From Candidatus Methylomirabilia bacterium (lineage in GTDB: Bacteria > Methylomirabilota > Methylomirabilia > Rokubacteriales > CSP1-6), in contig JBGQHJ010000004.1 of the NCBI GenBank assembly GCA_041497895.1, positions 298-64,297 on the forward strand: DNA of 64,000 bases, written 5' to 3'. Numbering within the stretch: the first letter of the stretch is position 1; the number at the start of each line of letters is the position of its first letter. Shown here piece by piece: positions 10,525 through 21,774 of the stretch. The notes beneath the pieces were generated by a model. The model saw only the letters and a program-made list of their open reading frames with translations, was not told where the DNA came from and did no database searches. The position numbers and the translations under genes are program-made.

Positions 10525-11397
10525 TCAGGGGTCGCCGTCCAGCAGGCCCAGAAGGTACTGGCCGTAGCCGTTCTGCCTCATCGGCGCCGCGATGCGCCGG
10601 ATGTCGTCCGCGGTGATCCAGCCCATGCGCCAGGCGATCTCCTCCACGCACGCGACCATCAGGCCCTGCCGCTCCTCGATGGCCTGGATGAAGTTCGAGG
10701 CCTGCAGCAGCGAGTCGTAGGTGCCGGTGTCGAGCCACGCGATCCCGCGCCCGAGGCGCTCCACGTGCAGCTCCCCCCGCTCGAGGTACGCCCGGTTGAC
10801 GTCGGTGATCTCGAGCTCTCCCCGCGCGGAGGGCTTGAGGCCGGCCGCGATCTCGAGCACCCGGTTGTCGTAGAAGTAGAGGCCGGTGACCGCGAAGTTG
10901 GAGCGCGGCTGGGCCGGCTTCTCCTCGATCTCCCGCGCGCGCCCGTCGGGCCCGAAGGTCACCACTCCGTAGCGCGACGGGTCGCGCACCCGGTAGGCGA
11001 AGACGGTGGCCCCGATGGGGCGGGCCGCCGCCGCCTGCAGCGCGACCGGCAGGTTGTGGCCGTAGAAGACGTTGTCGCCCAGCGCCAGGGCCACCGCGTC
11101 GCGGCCGACGAACTCGCGGCCGATGACGAAGGCCTGGGCCAGCCCCTCGGGCCGGGGCTGCTCCGCGTAGGAGAGCCGGAGCCCCAGGTCGCGCCCGTCC
11201 CCGAAGAGCCGGTGGAAGGCGGGGGCGTCCTCGGGGGTCGTGATCAGGAGGATCTCCCGGATGCCGGCCAGCATGAGGGTGGACAGCGGGTGATACACCA
11301 TCGGCTTGTTGTAGATCGGTACGAGCTGCTTGCTGATCCCCCGGGTCACGGGGTAGAGCCGCGTCCCGGAGCCGCCCGCGAGGATGATCCCCTTCAC
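10525..11397 (-). CDS. rfbA: Glucose-1-phosphate thymidylyltransferase
   Basis: The N-terminus (V)[17 protein letters not shown]...[12 protein letters not shown] is the RmlA signature. About 290 aa if GTG 11397 is the start. The ORF-track extension to 11673 is Arg-rich and implausible. Confidence 0.9.
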   Translation of the reverse strand: MKGIILAGGSGTRLYPVTRGISKQLVPIYNKPMVYHPLSTLMLAGIREILLITTPEDAPAFHRLFGDGRDLGLRLSYAEQPRPEGLAQAFVIGREFVGRDAVALALGDNVFYGHNLPVALQAAAARPIGATVFAYRVRDPSRYGVVTFGPDGRAREIEEKPAQPRSNFAVTGLYFYDNRVLEIAAGLKPSARGELEITDVNRAYLERGELHVERLGRGIAWLDTGTYDSLLQASNFIQAIEERQGLMVACVEEIAWRMGWITADDIRRIAAPMRQNGYGQYLLGLLDGDP

Positions 11398-11503
11398 CAG
11401 GTCATCGTAAGCGGGTCGGCAAGCTCCCTGCCTCGGTTTTTTCGGGGGTGAGGCGAATCCCTCCCCGTGGTACCTTCTGGCACCAACCTTCCCTCGGAGG
11501 TGA

Positions 11504-13033
11504 ATGATGCGTGTTCTCGGCGCGATCCTGACTCTCGTCCTCGTCACCCTGCTGGGCGCGATCCCCGCCGTCGCCGTCCCGCCGGACGGCACCATGGCCA
11601 TCGGCGTCCACGTGACCCTCGTCTCGCGCTGGCTCGATCCCGGCGAGACGGAAGCGCTCATCACCCCGTTCATGGTGCTCTACGCGCTGCACGACGCGCT
11701 CGTGAAGCCCATGCCCGGGGGGATCATGACGCCGAGCCTGGCCGAGTCCTGGACCGCGTCCAAGGACGGCCTGAGCTACGAGTTCGTCATCCGGAAGAAC
11801 GCGCGCTTCCACACCGGCGACCCGGTCACCGCCGAGGACGTGAAGTTCACGTTCGAGCGGTACAAGGGCAGCGGCGCGAAGCTCCTGAAGGACAAGGTGA
11901 AGGAGATCCAGGTCCTCGCGCCGAACCGGGTGCGCTTCGTCCTCAAGGAGCCGTGGCCCGACTTCATGGCCTTCTACGGAACCTCGGCCACCGGGGCCGG
12001 CTGGATCGTGCCGAAGAAGTACATCGAGAAGGTGGGGGAAGATGGCTTCAAGAAGGCCCCGGTCGGCGCGGGGCCCTACAAGTTCGTCGCCTTCACCCCG
12101 GGTATCGAGCTCACGCTCGAGGCCTTCGGGGACTACTGGCGGAAGGCCCCGCAGGTCAAGCGCCTGGTCATGCGCTCCATCCCCGACGAGACCACTCGCG
12201 CCGCCGCGGTGAAGACCGGCGAGGTCGACGCGGCCTATCTCTTCGGCGGGGCCGTCGCGGAGGACCTGAAGCGCTCGCCGGGAGTCCGGGTGGTGGCCCC
12301 CCTCCTCTACGGCATCTACTGGCTGGACTTCCCGGATCAGTGGGACCCGAAGTCGCCCTGGCACGACCGGCGGGTGCGCCTGGCCGCCAGCCTGGCCATC
12401 GACCGGCCGGCCATCAACCAGGCCGAGATGCTGGGGCTGGGGAAACCGGCCGGCGCCTTCGTGCCTCCGGAGTTCGACTTCGCCCTGCACGTCGATCCGC
12501 CCGCCTTTGATCCGAAGCGGGCCAAGGAGCTCATGGTCGAGGCCGGGTACCCGAACGGCTTCGACGCGGGCGACCTCACCCCCCTGCCGCCCTACACCTC
12601 GCTGGCCGAAGCGGTCGGGGGCTACCTGCAGGCGATCGGCATCCGCAGCTCGGTCCGCACGATGGAGCGCGCCACCTTCTTCTCCGGCTGGCGGGAGAAG
12701 AAGTTCCACGGCCTGATCATCGGCGCCACCGGCGCGGCCGGCAACGCCGCCGCCCGCATCGAGCCCTTCTTCACCAAGAGCGGCATCTACGCCTACGGCA
12801 CCCGGCCGGAAATCGACGATCTCTTCCAGCGGCAGACCAACGAGGGTGACCGCAAGAAGCGCGAGGCCGTGCTCCACCAGATCCAGAAGATCATCGTGGA
12901 CCAGACGATGGTCGCGCCGATCTTCCAGCAGGGCTTCATCTGGGGGGTCGGGTCGCGCGTCGAGCAGGCGGGCGCGGGCCTGATCCAGGGCTACCCGTAC
13001 GCGGCGCCCTGCGAGGACCTGAAGCTCAAGTAG
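11504..13033 (+). CDS. ABC transporter substrate-binding protein, family 5 (peptide/nickel type)
   Basis: 509 aa with signal peptide [24 protein letters not shown]. DppA/OppA-like sequence. Confidence 0.9.
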   Translation: MMRVLGAILTLVLVTLLGAIPAVAVPPDGTMAIGVHVTLVSRWLDPGETEALITPFMVLYALHDALVKPMPGGIMTPSLAESWTASKDGLSYEFVIRKNARFHTGDPVTAEDVKFTFERYKGSGAKLLKDKVKEIQVLAPNRVRFVLKEPWPDFMAFYGTSATGAGWIVPKKYIEKVGEDGFKKAPVGAGPYKFVAFTPGIELTLEAFGDYWRKAPQVKRLVMRSIPDETTRAAAVKTGEVDAAYLFGGAVAEDLKRSPGVRVVAPLLYGIYWLDFPDQWDPKSPWHDRRVRLAASLAIDRPAINQAEMLGLGKPAGAFVPPEFDFALHVDPPAFDPKRAKELMVEAGYPNGFDAGDLTPLPPYTSLAEAVGGYLQAIGIRSSVRTMERATFFSGWREKKFHGLIIGATGAAGNAAARIEPFFTKSGIYAYGTRPEIDDLFQRQTNEGDRKKREAVLHQIQKIIVDQTMVAPIFQQGFIWGVGSRVEQAGAGLIQGYPYAAPCEDLKLK

Positions 13034-13044
13034 GCCGGGCGGCC

Positions 13045-13917
13045 CTACTCGTCGCGGGGGTCTTCCCGGATGAAGCGACCGGTCTGGAGGTCGCGCAGGG
13101 CCTCCTCGATCTCGGCGCGGGTGTTCATGACGAACGGCCCGTGACGAGCGATCGGCTCGCCGAGCGGGCGCGCCGCCGCGAGGAGGAAGCGCCCGCCCCC
13201 GGGCGCGCCGGCGGCCTCCACGAGATCGCCGTCGCCGAAGACCACCAGCGCCGGCGCGCGCGCCGCGGTCCGCTGCGGGCCGAAGCGCACCTCGCCCTGG
13301 TCCACGTACGCGAAGGCGGTGTGCCCGCGCGGCACCGCCTCGCGGAACGCGGCGCCGTCGGGCAGCGTCACGTCGAGGAACTTCGGCGCCACCGCCAGAC
13401 CGTCGACGGGTCCGGTGAGCCGCCCGCCCGCCGCGTCGCCCGCGACGACGCGTGCCCGCGCGCCGCCGTCGAGCGGGGTCTCGGGCAGATGGCTCGCGGT
13501 CAGGTCACGGTACTTCGGCCGCGTCATCTTCTCGCGCGCGGGCAGGTTGAGCCAGAGCTGCAGCCCGCCGATCCCCTCTGGGCGCACCTGCGGCATCTCC
13601 TCGTGGAGGATGCCGCTGCCGGAGGTCATCCACTGGATGTCGCCGGGCCCGATGCTCCCGTGGTGGCCGAGCGAGTCGCAGTGCTGCACCTCCCCGGTGC
13701 GGACGAACGTCACCGTCTCGATCCCGCGGTGGGGATGGTAGGGAAAGCCGGCCTCGTAGTCCTCGGGGCGGACCGACTCGAAGTGGTCGAGGAGCAGGAA
13801 CGGGTCGAGATGGTCGAGACGCCGCGTGCCGATGCTGCGCCGGAGATGCACCCCGGCGCCTTCCACCACCGGCTCCGGCTTGACGACGTGGGCGACCGGG
13901 CGCGAGGTCTCGCTCAT
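13045..13917 (-). CDS. Pirin family protein
   Basis: 290 aa with the bicupin metal motif FPYHPHRGIETVTFV...WMTSGSGILHEE. Confidence 0.9.
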   Translation of the reverse strand: MSETSRPVAHVVKPEPVVEGAGVHLRRSIGTRRLDHLDPFLLLDHFESVRPEDYEAGFPYHPHRGIETVTFVRTGEVQHCDSLGHHGSIGPGDIQWMTSGSGILHEEMPQVRPEGIGGLQLWLNLPAREKMTRPKYRDLTASHLPETPLDGGARARVVAGDAAGGRLTGPVDGLAVAPKFLDVTLPDGAAFREAVPRGHTAFAYVDQGEVRFGPQRTAARAPALVVFGDGDLVEAAGAPGGGRFLLAAARPLGEPIARHGPFVMNTRAEIEEALRDLQTGRFIREDPRDE

Positions 13918-13926
13918 CGGGAGCCC

Positions 13927-14394
13927 TCAGGCGCGCTCGAGGACGACGACCGGGATCTCCCGCATGGTCCGCGCCTGATACTCGTCGTACGGCGGCCAGA
14001 TCGCGGCCATCGTCTTCCACAGCGCCGGCCGCTCGGCCGGAGTGGCGGTGCGGGCGCGCGCCTTGAACCGGTCCGCCATCACCTGCACCTGCACCTCCGG
14101 CTGCGCGACGAGATTGCCGTACCACGCCGGATGCGCCGGGGCACCGCCGCGGGAGGCCACCACCAGGTAGCGCTCGCCGTCGCGGCCGTAGATGAGCGGA
14201 GTCGTGCGCGACTGGCCGGAGCGCCGGCCGGTCGTGGTCAGCAGGAGGGTCGTCACGCCCTCCCAGACGTGACCGTCCTGGCCGCCGGTCGCGAGGTAGC
14301 GCCGGGCATGCTCTTGCTGCCAGCCGGGCGGCCGGCTCGACGGAGCGGGGCGGGGCGTGGACATGGGTGATACCTCCCGGCGCCAGTCTGCCAC
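13927..14394 (-). CDS. Deazaflavin (F420)-dependent oxidoreductase-like protein, DUF385/nitroreductase family
   Basis: LLLTTTGRRSGQSRTTPLIYGRDGERYLVVASRGGAPAHPAWYGNL is typical of the DUF385/Ddn family. The start may instead be ATG 14364. Confidence 0.8.
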   Translation of the reverse strand: MADWRREVSPMSTPRPAPSSRPPGWQQEHARRYLATGGQDGHVWEGVTTLLLTTTGRRSGQSRTTPLIYGRDGERYLVVASRGGAPAHPAWYGNLVAQPEVQVQVMADRFKARARTATPAERPALWKTMAAIWPPYDEYQARTMREIPVVVLERA

Positions 14395-14431
14395 GGCGCC
14401 GGGCCGCCTGCCACCGGCCCGCGGTCGACGA

Positions 14432-14881
14432 TCAGGGCCGGCGGTGCGGCTCCGGGTGCGCCGAGGTCGCCCCGCCGGTCAGCCACACGAAGCCGCGCAG
14501 GATGTCGGTCTCGGTGACGATCCCGATCAGCTTGCCGCCCTCGGTCACCGGCAGCGCGCCGATCTTGTGGTCGAGCATCAGGACCGCGGCGGCCCGCGCG
14601 TCGCGGTCGGGCCCGACCGTGATCACGGTCTTGGTCATGACCTCGCCCACCGTGAGCTTGGTCAGGAGGTGGTTGACCTCCCACACCGAGAGGCTCGTGG
14701 CCTGCGAGGGCAGGTTGAGCCGGATATCGCGGTCGGTCACGATCCCCACCAGGCGGCCGTCGGAGCCGACGACCAGGAGATGCCGGATCTGCTTCTCCAC
14801 CATCGTGTGGCGTGCCTCGAGCACCCCGGTCTCCACCTTGACCGTGATCGGGTTCCTGGTCATGAGCTCGTCGACTCGCAT
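14432..14881 (-). CDS. CBS-pair domain protein
   Basis: 149 aa with two CBS repeats (MRVDELMTRNPITV...; VGEVMTKTVITV...). GGAGG 8 nt upstream of ATG 14881. Confidence 0.85.
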   Translation of the reverse strand: MRVDELMTRNPITVKVETGVLEARHTMVEKQIRHLLVVGSDGRLVGIVTDRDIRLNLPSQATSLSVWEVNHLLTKLTVGEVMTKTVITVGPDRDARAAAVLMLDHKIGALPVTEGGKLIGIVTETDILRGFVWLTGGATSAHPEPHRRP

Positions 14882-14907
14882 GGGGTTCCCTCCTCTCTCG
14901 GCCTCGG

Positions 14908-15477
14908 TCATACCGGCATGCCCCGGCGCCCGGGGCGCTCGGCCTCCCGCTTCTGGTCCATCGCCTCCGCGCGAATGTGCGCCCGGCACGGCTCGCAGAT
15001 CAGCTCGTCGCTCGGCTTGCCGCACACCAGGCACGGCCGTGGCGGTGTGACCGCGGGGGCCGCCGCGGGGGCGGCCGCGCCGACCGCCTCGAGCGACCCG
15101 GCGGGCACGGTGAGGACCGGACAGGGCGCCAGCCGCACCACCGTCTCGGCGACGCTGCCCAGGATCGCGTGGCTAAAACCCGTGCGCCCGTGCGTGCCGA
15201 GCACGATGAGGCCGATGCCCTTCTCGCGCGCGTAGTCGACGATCGTTCGCCCGGCCAGCCCGGTCCGCAGCGCGGTCTCCACCCGGAGCCCCTCGGCGAG
15301 ACCCTGGCTCGCCCGCGCGAGCTGCTCGCGGAAGGTCGATGGATCGGTGACGGGAGGCACCACGTACAGCACGTGCAGGCGAGCCCGCGCCTCGAGGGCC
15401 ATGCCACGCGCGATCCGGCCCGCCGCCTCGGAGGCGGGGGAGAAGTCGGTCGGGAAGAGAATCTCGGTCGGTCGCAT
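14908..15477 (-). CDS. Universal stress protein with a C-terminal CxxC...CxxC zinc-ribbon tail
   Basis: UspA fold residues 1-125 (ILFPTDFS..., GTHGRTGFSHAILGSVAE), an Ala/Pro linker, then CLVCGKPSDELICEPC. Confidence 0.85.
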   Translation of the reverse strand: MRPTEILFPTDFSPASEAAGRIARGMALEARARLHVLYVVPPVTDPSTFREQLARASQGLAEGLRVETALRTGLAGRTIVDYAREKGIGLIVLGTHGRTGFSHAILGSVAETVVRLAPCPVLTVPAGSLEAVGAAAPAAAPAVTPPRPCLVCGKPSDELICEPCRAHIRAEAMDQKREAERPGRRGMPV

Positions 15478-15491
15478 GTCGTCCTCCTCGC

Positions 15492-15959
15492 TCACTTGAC
15501 CACCAGCACCTCGACGGGCGAGCGCTTGAGCGCGGCCTCGGCGACGCTCCCCAGCAGGAAGTGGGTCACCGCGCCCGCCCCCCTCGCCCCCACCACCAGC
15601 ACGTCCGCCCGCTCCGCGCGGAGCGCGGCCAGCAACTCCGGCAGCGGGAGCCCGGTCCGCACGACGCCGCGGGCGCGCCAGCCGGCCTTCGCCAGCAGGG
15701 CGGCGGCGCCGTCGACCTGGCGCTGGGCCACCGACCGGCGGATCCGCTCCATGGAGGCCGCCTGCGCCGCGATCTGCGCGCGCATCGGAGCGGGCACGAG
15801 CGGCATCGCCGGCAGCCGCACCGGCTCGACCACGCGCACGCACGTCACCCGGCCGCCCCGCGGGGGACGGAGCCGCGCCACGAAGGCGGCGGCCCGGCGC
15901 GAGTGCGCCGACCCGTCCAGCCCGACCACGATACGGCGGTACCTCCGCGGAGCGGCCAT
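15492..15959 (-). CDS. Universal stress protein
   Basis: 155 aa. RIVVGLDGS..., VVGARGAGAVTHFLLGSVAE. Confidence 0.85.
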   Translation of the reverse strand: MAAPRRYRRIVVGLDGSAHSRRAAAFVARLRPPRGGRVTCVRVVEPVRLPAMPLVPAPMRAQIAAQAASMERIRRSVAQRQVDGAAALLAKAGWRARGVVRTGLPLPELLAALRAERADVLVVGARGAGAVTHFLLGSVAEAALKRSPVEVLVVK

Positions 15960-15968
15960 CGAGCTCTC

Positions 15969-18059
15969 CTAGGCGCCGAGGCTGGCCCGCGCGTCGACCA
16001 CGATCGCGCCGTCCGGGCTCGCCAGCAGAGGGTTGATCTCGATCTCTCGCAGCTCGGGGAGATCCACCATCAGCTGCGAGAACCGGCTGATGATGCCGGC
16101 GAGCGCGAGGCGATCCACCGGCCGCTCGCCGCGGATGCCGCGGAGCAGCGGCGCGATACGGAGCTCGTCGAGGAGCGTCGCCGCCTCGTCGGGAGAGACC
16201 GGGGCCAGGCACACCGCGGTGTCGCCCATGACCTCGACGTAGATGCCGCCGAGCCCGACCATCAGGACCGGGCCCCACTGCGGATCGCGCACGCCGCCCA
16301 GCAACAGCTCCTTGCCGGTCGGGGCCATCGCCTCGACGAGCAGCCCGCGGATCGTCGCCTGCGGCCGCTCCACCGCGACCCGCGCCAGCATGGCCGCCGC
16401 CGCCTCGCGCACCGCGCGCGCGTCGCGCAGGCCGAGGGCCACGCCGCCCACCTCGGTCTTGTGGGTGATGTCGGGCGAGACGATCTTCAGGGCCACCGGG
16501 AAGCCGAGACGCTCCGCGGCGGCCGCCGCGTCGTCCGCACTCTTGACCACGCGGCCCTCGACGCCGGGAATACCGTAGGCGGTGAGCAGCGGCTGCAGCT
16601 CGGGCGTGCCGAGCTGCCGCGCCCCCGGGCCGCCCTGCTCACCGAGCCAGGCGCGGGCCGCGGCCGGGTCGACCGACGGGACGAACGGGCTCGGGTCCCT
16701 GAGCCGGCGCTCGCTGAGCTTCGCCATGCCGGCCAGCGTCTTGACGGCCGGCTCGGGGAAGGCGTAGCACGGGATGCCGGCCTCCTCGAGGGTGCGGATC
16801 CCGGGGGCCACGCGCGCGCCTCCCACGAAGGCCGCGACCACCGGGATCGACCAGCCGAGCGTCGCGCCCGCGATGGTGCGCGCCACGCTGGCCGCGTCGG
16901 TCGCGGCCTGCGGCGTCAGGAGCACGAGCATCGCGTCGGCGCTCTCGCTGCCCAGGGTGTGCAGCGCGTGGCCGTACCGGCGCGCGTCGGCGTCGCCCAC
17001 CAGGTCCACCGGGTTGCCGAGCCCGGCCGTCGCGGGCAGCCCCTCGGCAAGTCGCCGGCGCAGCGGCTCGGCGGGCGGCTCCATGGTGAAGGCGGCGGCC
17101 CGCGCCGCGTCCGTGGCGACGATGCCGAGACCGCCCCCGTTGGTCACCACCACCAGACGGCGGCCGCGCGGCATCGGCTGGCTCGCGAGCCCGCGCGCGA
17201 CGTCGAACAGCTCCTCGACGGTGTCGACGCGCAGCGCGCCCGCCTGCCGGACCGCCGCGTCGAAGGCCCGGTCGGATCCGGCAAGCGCGCCGGTGTGCGA
17301 GGCGACCGCGCGCGCGCCCTCGGGGGAGCGCCCCGCCTTCAGCACCACCACCGGCTTGATGAGGGCGGCGCGCCGGAGCGCGTCGAGGAACCGGCGGCCG
17401 TCGGCCACGCCCTCGATGTAGCACGCCACCACGCGGGTCTCCGCGTCGGTGGCCACCGCATCGAGCAGGTCGCTCTCGTTGACGTCGGCCTGGTTGCCGA
17501 GCGAGGCGAAGAGGGAGAAGCCGACCCGGCGGTCGCGCGCCCAGTCGAGGATCGCCACCGCGAGCGCGCCGGAATGGGAGAGGAAGGCGATGCCGCCGGG
17601 CTCGGGCATGCCGGGGGCGAACGTCACGTTGAGCCGCCTGGTCGGCCGGATCCAGCCGAGGCAGTTCGGTCCCAGCACGCGGATCGGCTGGTCCCGCAGC
17701 CACTCGCGCAGCTGGGCCTCCCGCCGCGCGCCCTCCCCGCCGATCTCCCGGAAGCCGGCCGAGATCACCACCGCGCCGCCCACTCCCTTGGCCACGCACT
17801 GCACGAGCGCGGGCAGCACGTCGACCGCGGGCAGCGCGATCACGGCCAGGTCCACCGGGCCCTCGGCGTCCTGGATCCGCGGCACCGCGGCCAGGCCCTG
17901 CACCGTGCTCGCGCGCGAGTTGACCGGGATGATGCGGCCGCGGAAGCCGGCCGAGCGCAGGTTGGCGACGACGCTGCCGCCGACCTTGAACGGATCGCGC
18001 GAGGCCCCGATCACCGCCACGCTGCCCGGGTCGAGGAACGGAACGAGCGAGCCGCTCAC
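15969..18059 (-). CDS. ADP-forming acetyl-CoA synthetase / acyl-CoA synthetase (NDP-forming), fused alpha-beta type
   Basis: 696 aa. N-terminal CoA-binding and succinyl-CoA-synthetase-like domains (VAVIGASRDPFKVGG, SHSGAL), with a C-terminal ATP-grasp domain. Confidence 0.9.
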   Translation of the reverse strand: MSGSLVPFLDPGSVAVIGASRDPFKVGGSVVANLRSAGFRGRIIPVNSRASTVQGLAAVPRIQDAEGPVDLAVIALPAVDVLPALVQCVAKGVGGAVVISAGFREIGGEGARREAQLREWLRDQPIRVLGPNCLGWIRPTRRLNVTFAPGMPEPGGIAFLSHSGALAVAILDWARDRRVGFSLFASLGNQADVNESDLLDAVATDAETRVVACYIEGVADGRRFLDALRRAALIKPVVVLKAGRSPEGARAVASHTGALAGSDRAFDAAVRQAGALRVDTVEELFDVARGLASQPMPRGRRLVVVTNGGGLGIVATDAARAAAFTMEPPAEPLRRRLAEGLPATAGLGNPVDLVGDADARRYGHALHTLGSESADAMLVLLTPQAATDAASVARTIAGATLGWSIPVVAAFVGGARVAPGIRTLEEAGIPCYAFPEPAVKTLAGMAKLSERRLRDPSPFVPSVDPAAARAWLGEQGGPGARQLGTPELQPLLTAYGIPGVEGRVVKSADDAAAAAERLGFPVALKIVSPDITHKTEVGGVALGLRDARAVREAAAAMLARVAVERPQATIRGLLVEAMAPTGKELLLGGVRDPQWGPVLMVGLGGIYVEVMGDTAVCLAPVSPDEAATLLDELRIAPLLRGIRGERPVDRLALAGIISRFSQLMVDLPELREIEINPLLASPDGAIVVDARASLGA

Positions 18060-18478
18060 GCGTGGGGCCCCTCGGCGATCGCCAGCAGCGCCTCGAGGGC
18101 GTCCGCGGCCGTGAAGACGCCCACCACCTGCTCCCCGTCCCAGACCGGGAGCGCGCCGATCCGGCGCTCGAGCATGAGCCGCGCCGCCACCGTCATCGGC
18201 ACCCCGCGCCCCACGCTGACCGGGCCCTCGCTCATGATGGAGCGCACCGGCGCGGCGAGCGCGGGCGACCCCGGCTCGTGGCCGACGAGCCGCCGCAGGT
18301 CACGGTTGGAGAGGATGCCGGTGAGCACCGGGCCGTCCATCACGAGCAGGTGCCGCACGGCGGCGCGATCCATCAGGGCGACGGCGACGTGGACCGGGGT
18401 GTCCTCGGCCACCGCCACCGGCGGCTTGCTCATCCAGTCGCCCACCGTCCCGCCGCGCGCCCCGCCGTCCGGCGTCAT
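18056..18478 (-). CDS. CBS-pair domain protein
   Basis: 140 aa with two CBS repeats. The stop overlaps the start of the acetyl-CoA synthetase gene. Confidence 0.85.
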   Translation of the reverse strand: MTPDGGARGGTVGDWMSKPPVAVAEDTPVHVAVALMDRAAVRHLLVMDGPVLTGILSNRDLRRLVGHEPGSPALAAPVRSIMSEGPVSVGRGVPMTVAARLMLERRIGALPVWDGEQVVGVFTAADALEALLAIAEGPHA

Positions 18479-18483
18479 GGCGC

Positions 18484-18924
18484 TCAGGCGGGCTCGCGCA
18501 CCGTGAGCACGGGGCACGGCGCGAGCCGGATCACCCGATCGGCCACGCTGCCGAGGAGCGCGCGGTCGATCCCGCCGCGCCCGTGGGTGCCGATGACGAT
18601 CAGGTCGGCCCGCTCGTCCACCGCGAGCGTCACGATCTCCTGGTAGGCCACGCCGCTGCGGAGCGCGGCGCGCGCCGAGAGGCCCTCGGCCCGCGCCTTG
18701 GCCGCCCACTCCTCGAGCGCGGCGTCGGCGAAGCTCCGGGCCGCCTCGAAGACCTCGCGCACCTTGGGCATGATGAACGGGCCCTCGCGGAACAGCGGAG
18801 CCTCGGTCAGCACGTGGGTCAGCACCAGCTCCGCGCCCGACATGCCGGCGAGCCGCTGCGCGAGACGCCACGCGTCCTCCGAGCACGACGAGAAGTCGGT
18901 CGGGACGATGATCCGGTAGAACAT
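18484..18924 (-). CDS. Universal stress protein
   Basis: 146 aa. IIVPTDFSSCSE..., GTHGRGGIDRALLGSVAD. Confidence 0.9.
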   Translation of the reverse strand: MFYRIIVPTDFSSCSEDAWRLAQRLAGMSGAELVLTHVLTEAPLFREGPFIMPKVREVFEAARSFADAALEEWAAKARAEGLSARAALRSGVAYQEIVTLAVDERADLIVIGTHGRGGIDRALLGSVADRVIRLAPCPVLTVREPA

Positions 18925-18928
18925 GGTG

Positions 18929-19360
18929 CTAGGCCTCCCCGATCGGGATCATGGTGCCCCGGGCCGCGGGCGTCTTGGGCAGCGTCACGGTCAGGAGCCC
19001 GTTCTTGACCGTCGCGGTCACCCGCGCCGCGTCCACCGCCACCGGCAGACGCAGGGTGCGGACGAAGACCCCGCAGACGCGCTCGGCGTGATGATAGCGC
19101 GCCCCGGGCTCCCGGCGCTTCTCCCCCTTGATCGTGAGCAGGCCGTCGTGGAGCGCGATCTCGACGTCCTGCCGCTCCAGTCCCGGCACCTCGAGAGTCG
19201 CGACCAGGCTGTCGCCGGTCTCGGCGACATCCAGGCTGGGTACCCAGTCCCCCAGCGCCGGCAGCTCCGTGCGCTTGACCCGCGCGATGCGATCGAGCAG
19301 CCGGTCCATCTCCCGCTGCAGGCTTTCGATTCCGGCCCACGGCATCAGCCCGCGCATCAT
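18929..19360 (-). CDS. Hsp20/alpha-crystallin family small heat-shock protein
   Basis: 143 aa. WVPSLDVAETGDSLVATLEVPG...GLLTIKGEK...NGLLTVTLPK. Confidence 0.9.
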   Translation of the reverse strand: MMRGLMPWAGIESLQREMDRLLDRIARVKRTELPALGDWVPSLDVAETGDSLVATLEVPGLERQDVEIALHDGLLTIKGEKRREPGARYHHAERVCGVFVRTLRLPVAVDAARVTATVKNGLLTVTLPKTPAARGTMIPIGEA

Positions 19361-19408
19361 GGTGGTCTTCCTCCCTCCTCGAGCGTCACGTGCCCGCCCT
19401 CGAAGATT

Positions 19409-19424
19409 TGCAACGCGAGTGCCA
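19409..19424 (-). promoter_or_regulatory. Sigma-54 promoter (-24/-12), perfect consensus, upstream of the hsp20-USP-CBS operon
   Basis: The minus strand reads TGGCAC-tcgcg-TTGCA. Predicted +1 is ~19398, 38 nt before the hsp20 ATG at 19360, with a GGAGG-rich leader. Confidence 0.75.
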
Positions 19425-19475
19425 CGAGAGACCCCCGTCGATTCGGGCAGTTACGGCCGGCGGCGGCGCGACCGC

Positions 19476-19493
19476 CGAGGCGGCCCCGCCTCG
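19476..19493. promoter_or_regulatory. Inverted repeat CGAGGCGG-cc-CCGCCTCG; candidate enhancer (UAS) for the hsp20 sigma-54 promoter
   Basis: 8-bp arms, 52-69 nt upstream of the -24 element. The arms resemble the TGAGGCGG/CCGCCTCA arms at 27557-27587 and 61149-61166. Confidence 0.3.
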
Positions 19494-19581
19494 CTGTGGC
19501 GACGGCGCCCCAGGACCTCTTGAAGCCACCCGGCCCTTGGCCCACAATGCAGGCGTTCATGATCCCGCGCGCCGAGGCCAC

Positions 19582-21747
<2,166 letters not shown>

Positions 21748-21774
21748 CGGTGACCGGTCGCCCGCGGCGCGGGC

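Noticed and set aside
11418-11433. Minus-strand AGGCAG-ggagc-TTGCC upstream of rfbA.
   Set aside because: Both half-sites are degenerate. rfbA is a housekeeping gene outside the island. The evidence is insufficient to call a promoter.
11478-11493. TGGCAC-caacc-TTCCC upstream of the family-5 solute-binding protein gene (11504).
   Set aside because: The -12 element lacks the conserved GC (TTCC instead of TTGC). The predicted +1 (~11504) would also fall on the ATG itself, downstream of the GGAGG ribosome-binding site. I keep it only as doubtful.
19390-19581. The upstream part of the histidine kinase ORF (start at 19390).
   Set aside because: It would overlap the sigma-54 promoter and the inverted repeat of the divergent hsp20 operon. 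Its sequence (PALEDLQRECHERPPSIRAVTAGGG...) precedes the first TM helix without recognisable features. A GTG at 19582 is preferred, but this remains uncertain.
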